Shown one piece after another: positions 29,221-38,293 of a DNA stretch of 64,000 nucleotides. This stretch comes from a virus. Within the stretch, counting starts at the first letter, position 1, and every line of letters starts with the position of its first letter. Location: IMG/VR virus record IMGVR_UViG_3300048575_000503, one strand, 5' to 3'. Both the position numbers and the translations under genes were made by a program. A model generated the notes under the pieces. That model was given only the letters and a program-made list of their open reading frames with translations, was not told the DNA's origin and did no database searches.

Positions 29221-29540
29221 TTTCAGGGAGGCAGGGAGGCAGCACACTGGCCGCCAACCCGCTGCCTCCCTGGATAACTCATTGATTTATAAAGTCTCAG
29301 GGGGCTGGGGACGCTAGGGAGAGTGTTCGCCGATATCTCTATGCGTTTTATAAGGCATATGTGTAGTTCCACTCATATCGGCCTCTGAAATTCTACACGT
29401 ATAGCCAAAAACCATCCCTACCATCCCTAGACTCCCCTAAACTTTTTAACCCGTTGAAACCTTGTGCATTCCTTCGCTCTTCCTCAGGGAGGCAGAGGCG
29501 CCGGACGGTGTTTGTGCCTCCCTTGCCGCCCTGATCCATC
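29221..29540. promoter_or_regulatory. Candidate replication origin
   Basis: Non-coding, AT-rich core flanked by many AGGGA(G)/(C)TCCCT repeats, downstream of the helicase. Confidence 0.4.
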
Positions 29541-29550
29541 CGAAAGCGAC

Positions 29551-31308
29551 CTAGTAGCCGTCCCCCGACGGGGTGTAGGAGGGGTCGAACTTGAACTCGT
29601 CGAGCACGCGGATGCCGCGATAGATCGACAGGCCGTTGCTCTTCGCCTTCCGGAAGCCGGCGCTCGCCGCCTTTTCGGGCAGCGCCTTGTTGAACGTCGA
29701 GGCCGACGGGCAATAGAAGCCCTGCCGGTCGCAGAACCGCTTGAAGGCGGCGTAGAGTTCGCCCGGCGTCTCGACGTCGCTGTCGTCGCCCGTCACCTTG
29801 CAGGCGCCCTTGACGAAGGCGCCGTAGGGGTCGGACTGCTCGCGGTATTCGTCGGTCGCCGCCCTGACGGGGGCGGGCACCTTGAGCCCGTCCTCGAGGT
29901 AGGAGAGGGCGCCCTGGATCATCCAGTTGAGGATGCCCGCCCGCTCGGCCCAGAGTTTTTCGGGCAGCTGCCGGTCGACCTGGTCTTTCGGGATCTGGAC
30001 CTCGAACGGCACCAACAGCACGCGCCGCCAGATGCCATCGTCGCCGCCGCGAATGTCCGGCCGGTGGTTGCCCGACACGATCAGTTTGAACGTCGGGTAG
30101 ATCTCGATGAACTCCTCGCGCATGCGGCGGATCAGGATCGGCTCGCCCGACGTCAGCGACTTGACCATGCTCTCGCGGAACTTCATTCCGCTCTCCGGCT
30201 CGGACGCCCGGACGATGCGGGCGCCGGGCACGCGGACAAGGTCGGGCGTCGCTTCGGAGCCTTTGCGCCGGTCGTCGCCGGCCAGCGTCTCGAACGGCAC
30301 CGTCGTGGTGTAGTCGCCGAGAATGCGGCAGATGATGTCGACCAGCGTCGATTTGCCGTTGCGCCCCATGCCGTAGAGGAAGGTGAACACCTGTTCGTGC
30401 GTCAGCGCCGTCAGGCAGTAGCCGAGATAGCGCTGCATGAAGGACCGGACGTCGTCGTTCGGCAGCACGGTCTCGGTGAAGGTGACGAAGGTCGGACAAG
30501 TCGCCTCGGGGAGGAAGTCGACCGGCGCCAGCTTCGAGATCATGTCGTTCCGGTCGTGCTCGTCGAACTTCCACGTCCAGACCTTGCCCTCTTTCTTGAA
30601 GAGCCGGATGGTGCCGTTCTGGACGTTGATCGCGTAAGGGTCGCTGTCGAGCACGCTCACCGGCCGGCTGCGATAGCAGCGGGCTTCCTGCAACATGTTG
30701 TCCATCTTGCCCGTCGAGGCGCTCGTCTTGGCATAGCGGGACCGTTTGGATCTGCGGTCATCGACGGCGGCTGCCGCGGCTTCGCCGGCTGTGACGATGG
30801 TGCCCAGCTCGAACAGCTCAGCCTCGTCTTCCATGGTTCGGGCCTTGCCTTTCTTGACGAGCTCGCGCGCCCGAAGCCGGCGTTCGGTCGCCAGAGCTAT
30901 CGCCTCTTCCTCGGCCGGCGTCGGCTCGATCAGCTTGGTCTCATGCCGGATCGCCTCCACCGTCTGGTGCGCCAGCGGCCGAACAGCGCTCTCGAAATAG
31001 TCGAGCAACCAGCGCTTGCCGTCGTGCACCGCCCAGCCGAGCCCCTCGATCGATACGACGCGCTGGCCGTGCCAGATCAGGAAGCGGCGGCCGTTGCCGA
31101 TGTCCGTCTCCGGCTCGGCCGCGCAGATCTTCACCGTGTCCCAGTCGACCTCCGGTTCGCCCAGATCCTCGACGGGAACAGGTAGCCCTGCCTCCTCGGG
31201 TGCCGGAGGGTTCGGCGCGTCGTTGTCGGCGGCGCGCGGCAGCGCGGCCCTGACGGCGTCCTCGATCGTCTGGCTCAGCCGCTCGCGCGGTGCATCATCC
31301 TCGGTCAT
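29551..31308 (-). CDS. P4-family D5-like SF3 helicase
   Basis: D5-N (ETDIGNGRRF, WAVHDGKRW); Walker A GMGRNGKST; ASEPE; SGNHRPDIRGGDDGIWRR. Confidence 0.93.
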   Translation of the reverse strand: MTEDDAPRERLSQTIEDAVRAALPRAADNDAPNPPAPEEAGLPVPVEDLGEPEVDWDTVKICAAEPETDIGNGRRFLIWHGQRVVSIEGLGWAVHDGKRWLLDYFESAVRPLAHQTVEAIRHETKLIEPTPAEEEAIALATERRLRARELVKKGKARTMEDEAELFELGTIVTAGEAAAAAVDDRRSKRSRYAKTSASTGKMDNMLQEARCYRSRPVSVLDSDPYAINVQNGTIRLFKKEGKVWTWKFDEHDRNDMISKLAPVDFLPEATCPTFVTFTETVLPNDDVRSFMQRYLGYCLTALTHEQVFTFLYGMGRNGKSTLVDIICRILGDYTTTVPFETLAGDDRRKGSEATPDLVRVPGARIVRASEPESGMKFRESMVKSLTSGEPILIRRMREEFIEIYPTFKLIVSGNHRPDIRGGDDGIWRRVLLVPFEVQIPKDQVDRQLPEKLWAERAGILNWMIQGALSYLEDGLKVPAPVRAATDEYREQSDPYGAFVKGACKVTGDDSDVETPGELYAAFKRFCDRQGFYCPSASTFNKALPEKAASAGFRKAKSNGLSIYRGIRVLDEFKFDPSYTPSGDGY

Positions 31309-31330
31309 GGCTCAGAAAAACCGATATCCG

Positions 31331-31373
31331 TATATACAAAAAGATTGACAGCCGATCTTTCTGTATATATATT
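31331..31373 (+). promoter_or_regulatory. brnTA promoter with overlapping inverted-repeat operator
   Basis: TTGACA(31345)-17 nt-TATATT(31368); 15-bp IR with one mismatch at 31331-31345 / 31355-31369. Confidence 0.7.
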
Positions 31374-31400
31374 TAAATCATCGAGGACGGGGGAACGGCG

Positions 31401-31667
31401 ATGTTCGAGTGGGACGAAGACAAGCGGCGCGGCAATATCGCCAAGCACAAGGTCGACTTCGCCCGCTTGAACGAGTTCGATTTCGCAACCGCCGTTCTCG
31501 CCGACGATACCCGCGAGGACTATGGTGAGGTTCGCACCAACGCCATCGGCTTCCTCGGCGCCGCGCTCTACCACCTGACCTACACCATGCGCGGCGAGAC
31601 CGTTCGCGTCATCAGCCTGCGCAAGGCCACCCGACAGGAGATGAAGTACTATGTCGACCACATCTGA
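31401..31667 (+). CDS. brnT: BrnT family toxin
   Basis: FEWDEDK...NIAKHKVDF, DYGEVR..AIG, RVISLRKA..E. Confidence 0.92.
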   Translation: MFEWDEDKRRGNIAKHKVDFARLNEFDFATAVLADDTREDYGEVRTNAIGFLGAALYHLTYTMRGETVRVISLRKATRQEMKYYVDHI

Positions 31668-31989
31668 CCGCGAGGAAGCCAAGGCGCGCGCCCTCAAGGC
31701 GCTGGCCGAGATGACCGACGAGGAAGACGCCGCGCTGACGGCGGCGGCCAACGCCGATCCGGATGCGCCGGTGATGGACGATGCGACCGCCGCCCGGCTC
31801 CGGCCGGCGACCGAGGTTGCGCCCGAGCTTGTCCGCCGGCAGCGTGGCCAGCGAGGTCCCGGCCGCAAGCCGGCCAAGGTGCTGGTTCCCCTTCGCCTCG
31901 AGCCCGACGTGGTCGAAGCGTGGCGCAAGACCGGCGCCGGATGGCAGACGCGCATGGGCGAAGCGCTGAAGCGCGTCATCGGGCAGTAG
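31651..31989 (+). CDS. brnA: BrnA family antitoxin
   Basis: RGPGRKPAK...LRLEPDVVEAWRKTGAGWQTRM; overlaps brnT. Confidence 0.92.
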   Translation: MSTTSDREEAKARALKALAEMTDEEDAALTAAANADPDAPVMDDATAARLRPATEVAPELVRRQRGQRGPGRKPAKVLVPLRLEPDVVEAWRKTGAGWQTRMGEALKRVIGQ

Positions 31990-31996
31990 GCGACGG

Positions 31997-33184
31997 TCAT
32001 TGATCGCCCTCCATCAGACGGCCAAGGAAAGCTGCGCGGGCGGAGCCTCGCGCGGCGAGGCGAACGACGAGAGTGCGGATCGCATGCGCTGCTTCCAGCG
32101 GAACAACTCCATTTCCGAGCATGCGAAGGCTATCCACCCTGGAGGCCAGCCCATCAGCCAGGACACAAACTGAGGGTTCAAGGTCCGGCGCTGTTGCAAG
32201 GGCGTCGTGCCAGGCGGCAACGGCTCCTGGGGCGGGAGGGAAAAGCGGCAGGCCTGCCCATCGATCGTCGGTCGCTCCTTGCCCTTCTGCCCGGTATCGC
32301 GGGTGTACTTCCCCGTTGCGACACGAGGCGTCATCCAGCTGGCCGCCATCGCCGGCAATGGCGCTCCGCCGGCCCCGAAGCTCATGTTCGGGCCACCTTT
32401 CTCCCCGTCCGATGCTCGCGGGGTAGACCAGAGGTGCGCCACGAAGTTCGGCAACTGGTCGAGATGCAGCCGCCCCGTCCCGTTCGTCAGGTGTTCTGTC
32501 CCGTTCGCGCCCTTCAGGTCTCTCGCCGCCGGCGATGGCCACATCTTCCCGGCCATCGCAGCGACGGTGTCCTCCAGACGCGAGTTCGAGGGATCCATTC
32601 CACGTCGGGCAGATCCGGGCTTCGCCATGGTTTCCGAAGCCCTCGCCGTCGGCCACGCCGAGAATGAAGACGCGCTCCCGCTCGTGGCTCGCACCAACTT
32701 CCGACGCCGAGAAAAGTCCTCCCTCAACCGCGAAACCCAATCGCTGTAGGTCTCTGCGGACGCGGTCGGCGCCGGCTCGCTTGCCCCTGGCCGAGAGCAT
32801 GCCCGGCACGTTTTCGATGAGGCACCACCACGCGCGCGATTGCACGATGATCCGCCGTGCGGTTGACCAGAGATCGCGGGGGTCATCGGCGCCGCGCCGC
32901 CGGCCGGCCAGACTGTGCGGCTGGCACGGGATGCCGCCAACGACGCCATCCACAAGGCCGCGCCATGCCCGGCCGTCGAAGGTTCTGGCATCGCTCCATA
33001 TAGGTGCCGCATGAATGGCACCTTCCTGCATCGCCGATACCAGTCGCGAAACCGCGAAGGCTTCCCTCTCCACCAGACAGACGCTTCGAGCAGCTGGCAT
33101 CGCCAGGTCCAGTCCGAAGTCGAGCCCGTAGCCTCCGGTGCAGAGGGAGATGATGTTGATGGCAGGCCGGGGATATAGAGCCAT
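31997..33184 (-). CDS. C5 cytosine DNA methyltransferase (motifs I-VIII and X)
   Basis: Motif I LCTGGYG, IV GGIPCQP, VI ENV, VIII HERERVFI, X LRMLGNGVVP. Confidence 0.9.
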   Translation of the reverse strand: MALYPRPAINIISLCTGGYGLDFGLDLAMPAARSVCLVEREAFAVSRLVSAMQEGAIHAAPIWSDARTFDGRAWRGLVDGVVGGIPCQPHSLAGRRRGADDPRDLWSTARRIIVQSRAWWCLIENVPGMLSARGKRAGADRVRRDLQRLGFAVEGGLFSASEVGASHERERVFILGVADGEGFGNHGEARICPTWNGSLELASGGHRRCDGREDVAIAGGERPEGRERDRTPDERDGAAASRPVAELRGAPLVYPASIGRGERWPEHELRGRRSAIAGDGGQLDDASCRNGEVHPRYRAEGQGATDDRWAGLPLFPPAPGAVAAWHDALATAPDLEPSVCVLADGLASRVDSLRMLGNGVVPLEAAHAIRTLVVRLAARGSARAAFLGRLMEGDQ

Positions 33185-33189
33185 GTCAT
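32014..33189 (-). CDS. Alternative-frame ORF within the MTase gene; probable partner subunit carrying motif IX
   Basis: 391 aa open frame, ATG coupled (ATGA) to upstream stop; four W-x-[TS]-[PA] repeats; LNPQFVSWLMGWPPGW. Confidence 0.65.
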   Translation of the reverse strand: MTWLYIPGLPSTSSPSAPEATGSTSDWTWRCQLLEASVWWRGKPSRFRDWYRRCRKVPFMRHLYGAMPEPSTAGHGAALWMASLAASRASRTVWPAGGAAPMTPAISGQPHGGSSCNRARGGASSKTCRACSRPGASEPAPTASAETYSDWVSRLREDFSRRRKLVRATSGSASSFSAWPTARASETMAKPGSARRGMDPSNSRLEDTVAAMAGKMWPSPAARDLKGANGTEHLTNGTGRLHLDQLPNFVAHLWSTPRASDGEKGGPNMSFGAGGAPLPAMAASWMTPRVATGKYTRDTGQKGKERPTIDGQACRFSLPPQEPLPPGTTPLQQRRTLNPQFVSWLMGWPPGWIAFACSEMELFRWKQRMRSALSSFASPREAPPAQLSLAV

Positions 33190-33761
33190 TCGGTCCCCTC
33201 GGTGCTCTTGCCGGCCGGAGGACAGGCGCCGCCGGCCGTGTCCGTCGCGCTCTCCCCGATGCAGCCGGCCCTCATGAAAATGGCGTTGAGGCGGGCGCGG
33301 CTCGGTGCCGAGAGGTAGTAGCCGACGCCATGCTTGTTGATGATCGAGACGCTGTCCTTTCGCGTCGCTGCCCGGATCGCGGTCAGCTGCTTGCGCAGGA
33401 CGCTGTCGGATCCGGTGCTCGTGAAGCGATCGATTGCCTCCTCGGCCGGCAGGAACTCGCGGTCGAGGAGCTCCAAGAGCAGGTCGGCGCGGCGCCCGGC
33501 CAAGTCGTAGCGGGCGAGGAGCACGCTGGCTCGCGTCGGCCGGATGACTTGTTCGGGAGGCGGCGAGGCACCGAACCCCGGGCGATCGTCGAACCGCGTT
33601 CTGAGCCAGTCCGGCGCCGGCGCTTCGGCGATGAAACCGTTCTTCAGCGCATCGTCGACGATCATCTTGAGGCGCCCCCGGTCGAGCCGGAAGGCGCGGG
33701 CGATGCAGCCGAGCGGCACCCCTTCGCCGGCGAGGGCGGTCACGTAAGTCTCGATTTCCAT
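33186..33761 (-). CDS. Winged-helix DNA-binding protein
   Basis: C-terminal OmpR-like wing (VLRKQLTAIR...SIINKHGVGYYL). Confidence 0.7.
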   Translation of the reverse strand: MEIETYVTALAGEGVPLGCIARAFRLDRGRLKMIVDDALKNGFIAEAPAPDWLRTRFDDRPGFGASPPPEQVIRPTRASVLLARYDLAGRRADLLLELLDREFLPAEEAIDRFTSTGSDSVLRKQLTAIRAATRKDSVSIINKHGVGYYLSAPSRARLNAIFMRAGCIGESATDTAGGACPPAGKSTEGTE

Positions 33762-34975
33762 CAGGCAATCTCCCCGGCCGGCGTCTCGGCCCGAAGCATG
33801 TCGTTGAAGTCCATGCCGCGCGGCGCCGGCAGCTGGATCACGCGGCAGCCTTGCGAGACGAAGCTCGCCTCGGCCTGATCGAGCGCCTCGGTGGTGGCGA
33901 CCGGGTCGCTGTCGCCGTCGCCGAGCAGGATCACCTCCTCGATCGGCCGGGGTGCCCGGATATTCCGGAGGTTTCCGAGCGAGATGCCGCACCAGACGGC
34001 GGCGCGATCGAGAAGCGGCGAGCCGGCGAGATGAAGGGCCAGATAGACGCTGAGGCAGGTCTCTATGCCCTCGCCGAGGAACAGGCGGAGGGGCGGGATG
34101 AGATCGCCCGGAAAACTGCTCGGCTTCTCGCCGCGCCAGTCGAGGCCGCGCACAAGGCGGATGGCGCCGCCGTGCGCTTCGCCGAGGACCTTCTTCGTCT
34201 TCAGCGTCTTGCCGGTCTGCGGGTGGACGAGATGCGGCCGGCCCTTGGGGTTGTCCGCCGTGAACGCGCGATCGAACCAGGTGCGGTGGACGCCGATGAG
34301 CCGACCGTCAGCCGCCTGGATGCGGCCGAGCATCGCCGGTCCGTGGTGAATGACGGTTAGCTCGCTCCTGACCTTGCCGCCGCGCTCGACGTCGATCTCC
34401 ACGTAGTAGGGAAGGTCCGAGAGATGGCGGAGGTTCTCAACGGCCGGCGGCAGCGGCCGGATGCTGCGGTGGGCGAGATAATCGGCGATCGGCGAGTTGA
34501 CGAGAGATCCGCCCCGGCCCCAAAGCCGGTCGGCCCGTTCAAGCATATCCTGGCGGTCGGCTTCGATCCGGCGCGCCGCCCGCTCGGCCGCGGCGAGGGC
34601 ATCCGCTTCCTGCCTGCGCCGGCGCGCGAGCCGGGCTTCGCGCTCCTCCGGCGTCTCGTCACGGGTGCGCGAGGGTTTCGGCTCGCCGGTCAGGGCCTCG
34701 CAGGCTTCGACGAAGGAGACGACCTCGCCAACCAGCGCCAGCGAGAGAGCGTCGCGACCTTTCGCGCCGCAATGCCGACAGTTGAACAGACGATCGCGCG
34801 GCCGCACTGCGAAACGGTCGGTGCCGCCGCAAGCCGGGCAGGGTCCGGCCCGGTCCTTCAGCTTCTCCTGCCCCTTCTCCGGCTTGAAGCCGCAGAGCTG
34901 CATGGCAAGCTCGAAGCTTCCTGCACGCGCCCGGCTCACCCAGGCGTCGAACTCCGGATCATCGCCACGCATCAT
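33761..34975 (-). CDS. DNA primase (P4-alpha Zn ribbon + Toprim)
   Basis: GPCPACGGTDRF...CRHCG; LGEGIET; LLGDGD. Confidence 0.9.
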   Translation of the reverse strand: MMRGDDPEFDAWVSRARAGSFELAMQLCGFKPEKGQEKLKDRAGPCPACGGTDRFAVRPRDRLFNCRHCGAKGRDALSLALVGEVVSFVEACEALTGEPKPSRTRDETPEEREARLARRRRQEADALAAAERAARRIEADRQDMLERADRLWGRGGSLVNSPIADYLAHRSIRPLPPAVENLRHLSDLPYYVEIDVERGGKVRSELTVIHHGPAMLGRIQAADGRLIGVHRTWFDRAFTADNPKGRPHLVHPQTGKTLKTKKVLGEAHGGAIRLVRGLDWRGEKPSSFPGDLIPPLRLFLGEGIETCLSVYLALHLAGSPLLDRAAVWCGISLGNLRNIRAPRPIEEVILLGDGDSDPVATTEALDQAEASFVSQGCRVIQLPAPRGMDFNDMLRAETPAGEIA

Positions 34976-35186
34976 CAGATCCTTTCGGGGGAGGGGTTGA
35001 GAGGACGGCCAGCACGTCGGCCGGATGCATCCGGAGCGCGATGGCGATGGAGGAGGGGAGTTGCCGGCGGGCGGCCATGCGCCGGATCAGCCGGGCACGC
35101 CGGCGCTGGATGGTGGCGATCGAGATCACGACCACCTCGAAGCGCTTCGACCCGCGCTTGAAGACCCGCCGCTCGGCCGTGGTCAT
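34959..35186 (-). CDS. Small hypothetical (HTH-like) protein
   Basis: MTTAERRVF...; overlaps both neighbours. Confidence 0.45.
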   Translation of the reverse strand: MTTAERRVFKRGSKRFEVVVISIATIQRRRARLIRRMAARRQLPSSIAIALRMHPADVLAVLSTPPPKGSDDAWR

Positions 35187-35689
35187 GCGTCCTCGCGGCC
35201 GTTGGCGCCCTCGGCGATCTCGGCGAGGCAGCGAAGCATCTGGTTGAGCTGGTCCTGATGGCTGATGCCCGCCTTGATCGCGGCCTTGGCCTCGCCGGGC
35301 GTCATCTCCATGTCCGCGAGCGCATCGGTGAGCGAAGTCAGAAAGCGCGAGTGCGAGCCGGTGAGATCGACGACGCCGGTCATCAGCGTCCGGCCGTCGA
35401 CCGGATCGGCCTTGGCCAGCGGCACCAGCCGGTGACCGGTCAGCGCCGCCAGCACGCCGGCGAAGATCGGCTTCTGCGTCACGAACTCGAGGAGGAACAT
35501 CACCTCCGGCGGCATGATCACCGGGAAGCTGTCGGCCCGCCACTTGGAGATCTGGCCGCGCGAGTAGCCGGTGAGCTGCTCGACGCGATCCGGTCCTGTA
35601 GAACCGGGCGCGGCGGCGGCCGCGACGAGCGCGCGCGTCGCCGTCTTGATCATGGTGAGGAGCCCGTCGGGCAAAGCGGTAGCGTTCAA
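35183..35689 (-). CDS. CII-like phage regulator
   Basis: IKTATRALV...TGYSRGQISKW...LE; downstream of cro. Confidence 0.65.
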   Translation of the reverse strand: MNATALPDGLLTMIKTATRALVAAAAAPGSTGPDRVEQLTGYSRGQISKWRADSFPVIMPPEVMFLLEFVTQKPIFAGVLAALTGHRLVPLAKADPVDGRTLMTGVVDLTGSHSRFLTSLTDALADMEMTPGEAKAAIKAGISHQDQLNQMLRCLAEIAEGANGREDA

Positions 35690-36003
35690 GGAAAATCTCC
35701 TTGTGATTTTTTCCTTGGGAAAACAGCGATCTGGGGGGATGGTCCGATCAGCGGCCCGCTACGGCGGCCCGGTCTTGCGAAGGTTGGAAGCCATGGACGA
35801 CATCGAAGTTCACCGTTCTGTCTGGATGGCCTGCTGGGACCGTCTCCCGCCGGAACACGATCGCCTCGACGACATCCGTGCTGTCGGCGGTCTCGACGGT
35901 GAGCGGAAGATCGATGAGGTGAAGGGCGACATTCTCGCCATCCTTATGGAGCCCGTTACCTCGGCCGTGCTGATCGAGGCCGAATGGCGCATCATCCCGC
36001 GCC

Positions 36004-36597
36004 TCAACGCATGGAGCCTCGGCGAGAGCTCGCCCACTCTTCCTCCGACGGCAGAAGAAGATCCATCTGAAGCCGCTGCATCCATTCTTCGGCTGTGGCT
36101 ACGTACGCCGCTCGGCCCCGTCGCTCGGCGGAATCATCCAAAAATACATGCATCAGGACGTCCACAACGGGTCGACGAATGGCAGAAAGGCGTTCGGCGG
36201 CCGTCCAGGGGGAAACACCGGCCCTGAGCACCATCGCCTCGAACAGCAACTCCCAGAGCACGGGGTCGAGATCGTCCGTACTCGCGAAGATGGCGCGATT
36301 GTGGACATACGTTGCAGGCGGCTCGGAGAGCCACGGCTCGGAGGAAGGCTCGATCAACTCCGGATGCAGGCGCGGCAGAATGTCCCAGGCGACATCCATA
36401 GAGGCCCGAGCGCCGCGCTTGCCGGCCGGGGCCGACAGCAGCTGTTCGCCGATGAGCCGGATCGTCTCGGCCGGCAGATCGTTGACGCGGCGCGCCGTCA
36501 CCCACGGCGGATTGGTGCCGGGGTTGTAAAACTCGATACGGCTGAAGCAATGCATCCAGACGACATAGTCGAAGGTGAGCGGCTCGGCATTGAACAT
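36004..36597 (-). CDS. Hypothetical protein
   Basis: 197 aa, globular composition; family not recognised; a competing plus-strand ORF overlaps it. Confidence 0.45.
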   Translation of the reverse strand: MFNAEPLTFDYVVWMHCFSRIEFYNPGTNPPWVTARRVNDLPAETIRLIGEQLLSAPAGKRGARASMDVAWDILPRLHPELIEPSSEPWLSEPPATYVHNRAIFASTDDLDPVLWELLFEAMVLRAGVSPWTAAERLSAIRRPVVDVLMHVFLDDSAERRGRAAYVATAEEWMQRLQMDLLLPSEEEWASSRRGSMR

Positions 36598-36725
36598 GGT
36601 TCACTCAACTCCATCGACCGGAAAGAAACGGCTGGACACAGACATCGAACGTGAGGGGCGTATTATTCATCGGCCGAGGCCTTCGACGGCGGAAACTTGT
36701 AGTATTTCCAACTGGAGCCATCCCA

Positions 36726-36989
36726 ATGCACCCACAAACGTCCCGGTTCGATGATCCGGTATCCGTCGCCGACGCATTCGCAAATGCGCTCAGACATCTT
36801 GCATACGCCGTCGCCAGCGCAGATCGGCCGATCGCCATAGGGGCACTTGTGGGCACTTATGAATGGCTGGCGGTAAAGATCGGCGAGCGGGACTTTTCCG
36901 CTGACGACCAGGCGAAGGTGCTCGGACTTCTCGGCCAACTGACCGGCGACATCACGCGTGAAGCCGAGCGTGGCATCGGCCATGCGTGA
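36726..36989 (+). CDS. Hypothetical protein
   Basis: RBS GGAG before MHPQTSRF; helical 87 aa, convergent with cro. Confidence 0.45.
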   Translation: MHPQTSRFDDPVSVADAFANALRHLAYAVASADRPIAIGALVGTYEWLAVKIGERDFSADDQAKVLGLLGQLTGDITREAERGIGHA

Positions 36990-37021
36990 CAGCAAGGCAG
37001 CGAAGGTGAGGAGTGTGTTGG

Positions 37022-37249
37022 TCATGCGACGGCTCCGAGGGCTTCGGCGACACATTCAGCATCGGTGGCCCGCATGAACTCCCGGACACGCTGCTCGGTC
37101 TCTGGCCAGCAACGACCGCCTCTCCGGAGGCGGTTGATGAAGTCACCATTCCGCGCCGCCTCTTTTGCGACACGTGAAAGGCTCACACCGGTTCTTAGCG
37201 AGAACGCCTCGATTTCGTGGAGAAGGGGGTTGGGAGCTTCGTTCATCAT
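37022..37249 (-). CDS. Cro-like regulator
   Basis: LLHEIEAF..RTGVS.SRVAKEA..NGDFINRLRRGGR; divergent from cI. Confidence 0.8.
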   Translation of the reverse strand: MMNEAPNPLLHEIEAFSLRTGVSLSRVAKEAARNGDFINRLRRGGRCWPETEQRVREFMRATDAECVAEALGAVA

Positions 37250-37260
37250 GGGGATGAGTA

Positions 37261-37279
37261 TGAACTCAAAAGAGTGTAA
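37261..37279. promoter_or_regulatory. Candidate repressor operator in cro/cI gap
   Basis: TGAACTC-AAAA-GAGTGTAA, quasi-palindromic, repeated at 38294. Confidence 0.55.
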
Positions 37280-37336
37280 GTCAATGCCCTCGATATCGGT
37301 TGTGCATTCGTACTCGCTAGAGGGTATAATTTGGCT

Positions 37337-37654
37337 ATGAGCGAAGGGACTTGGCGGGATCGCCTACTGCGCACGATCGAGAAAAAAGGCATGTCTTTGC
37401 GGGAGGTGTCACTCTCCGCAAAGCTGGGGCCGAACTATGTGCAGAGCATCCTAACCGGCGGGAAGGATCCGTCGATCTCGCGTTTCATCAAGGTCTGCGA
37501 CGTCCTGAGCGTCAGCCTTCCAGAGATCCTGTACGGCGTCGACGTGACGGCTGAGCAGATGGAGTTTCTCCGGTTGCTCCATGCTGCCCCTGAGGACATG
37601 CGGGATATCGCGCTACAGCTGCTTCGGCGAAAAGCCGACGAAACGCAGAGTTGA
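37337..37654 (+). CDS. CI-like repressor (XRE HTH, no S24 peptidase domain)
   Basis: MSLREVSLSAKLGPNYVQSILTGGKDPSISRFIKVCDVL; TATAAT just upstream. Confidence 0.85.
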   Translation: MSEGTWRDRLLRTIEKKGMSLREVSLSAKLGPNYVQSILTGGKDPSISRFIKVCDVLSVSLPEILYGVDVTAEQMEFLRLLHAAPEDMRDIALQLLRRKADETQS

Positions 37655-38293
37655 CCGATGAAAGGTCATCGGCGCTGATGCGATCCAGACAATCCATGAG
37701 CTGCGAAAGCGCCATTCGATCCTCCCCCCATCCCCGTCTTTAATCGCATAGATTAGCGAAAAACGGCGCTTTGGAAATGGATTCCGGGCGTTGTGCAATT
37801 GTGGCTATTGCGAGGCTTCCGGCGCTACGCAACGTCACTTGCATGAGTCAACCTTTTAACCAGTTGTTAATCACAGCTATTTCGAATCGATCCGCCTATC
37901 GGTAATAGGGTACCGTAACAACTATTGGTTTATTCGCTATTGGGTATTAATGGCAGGAGCGCCAGGCCGCGATAATATCGTTTTAGCTGGCAAACTTCGT
38001 CCAATATTTGGTCGGCTCAGAAAAGCGGCATCCTTGACATTGTTCAAGGTGCCGTAGCCGGACCGAGCTGCGGGCCTCTTCTGTCAGGTTGTTGGCAAAC
38101 CGTCACGCGAGGGTGTTGGGTGCCGCGATAGGGTCTTTTTGGTGGCGCCTGACACCTTGGGTCCTAGGTGTCCATATGTTCCTGGAAACGGTGCAATTGC
38201 GTCATTTTTGGCCCTCACGAGAGTCGATTTTCAACCTCTATAGGGTGAGGCCTGGATCCTAAATCAAACGCAATCGAGTTTATTCTATTGGCG

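Noticed and set aside
37512-37715. 67-aa ORF antisense to the cI 3' end with a GGAGG RBS
   Set aside because: Second half is low-complexity shadow of cI; no motif support, so not called
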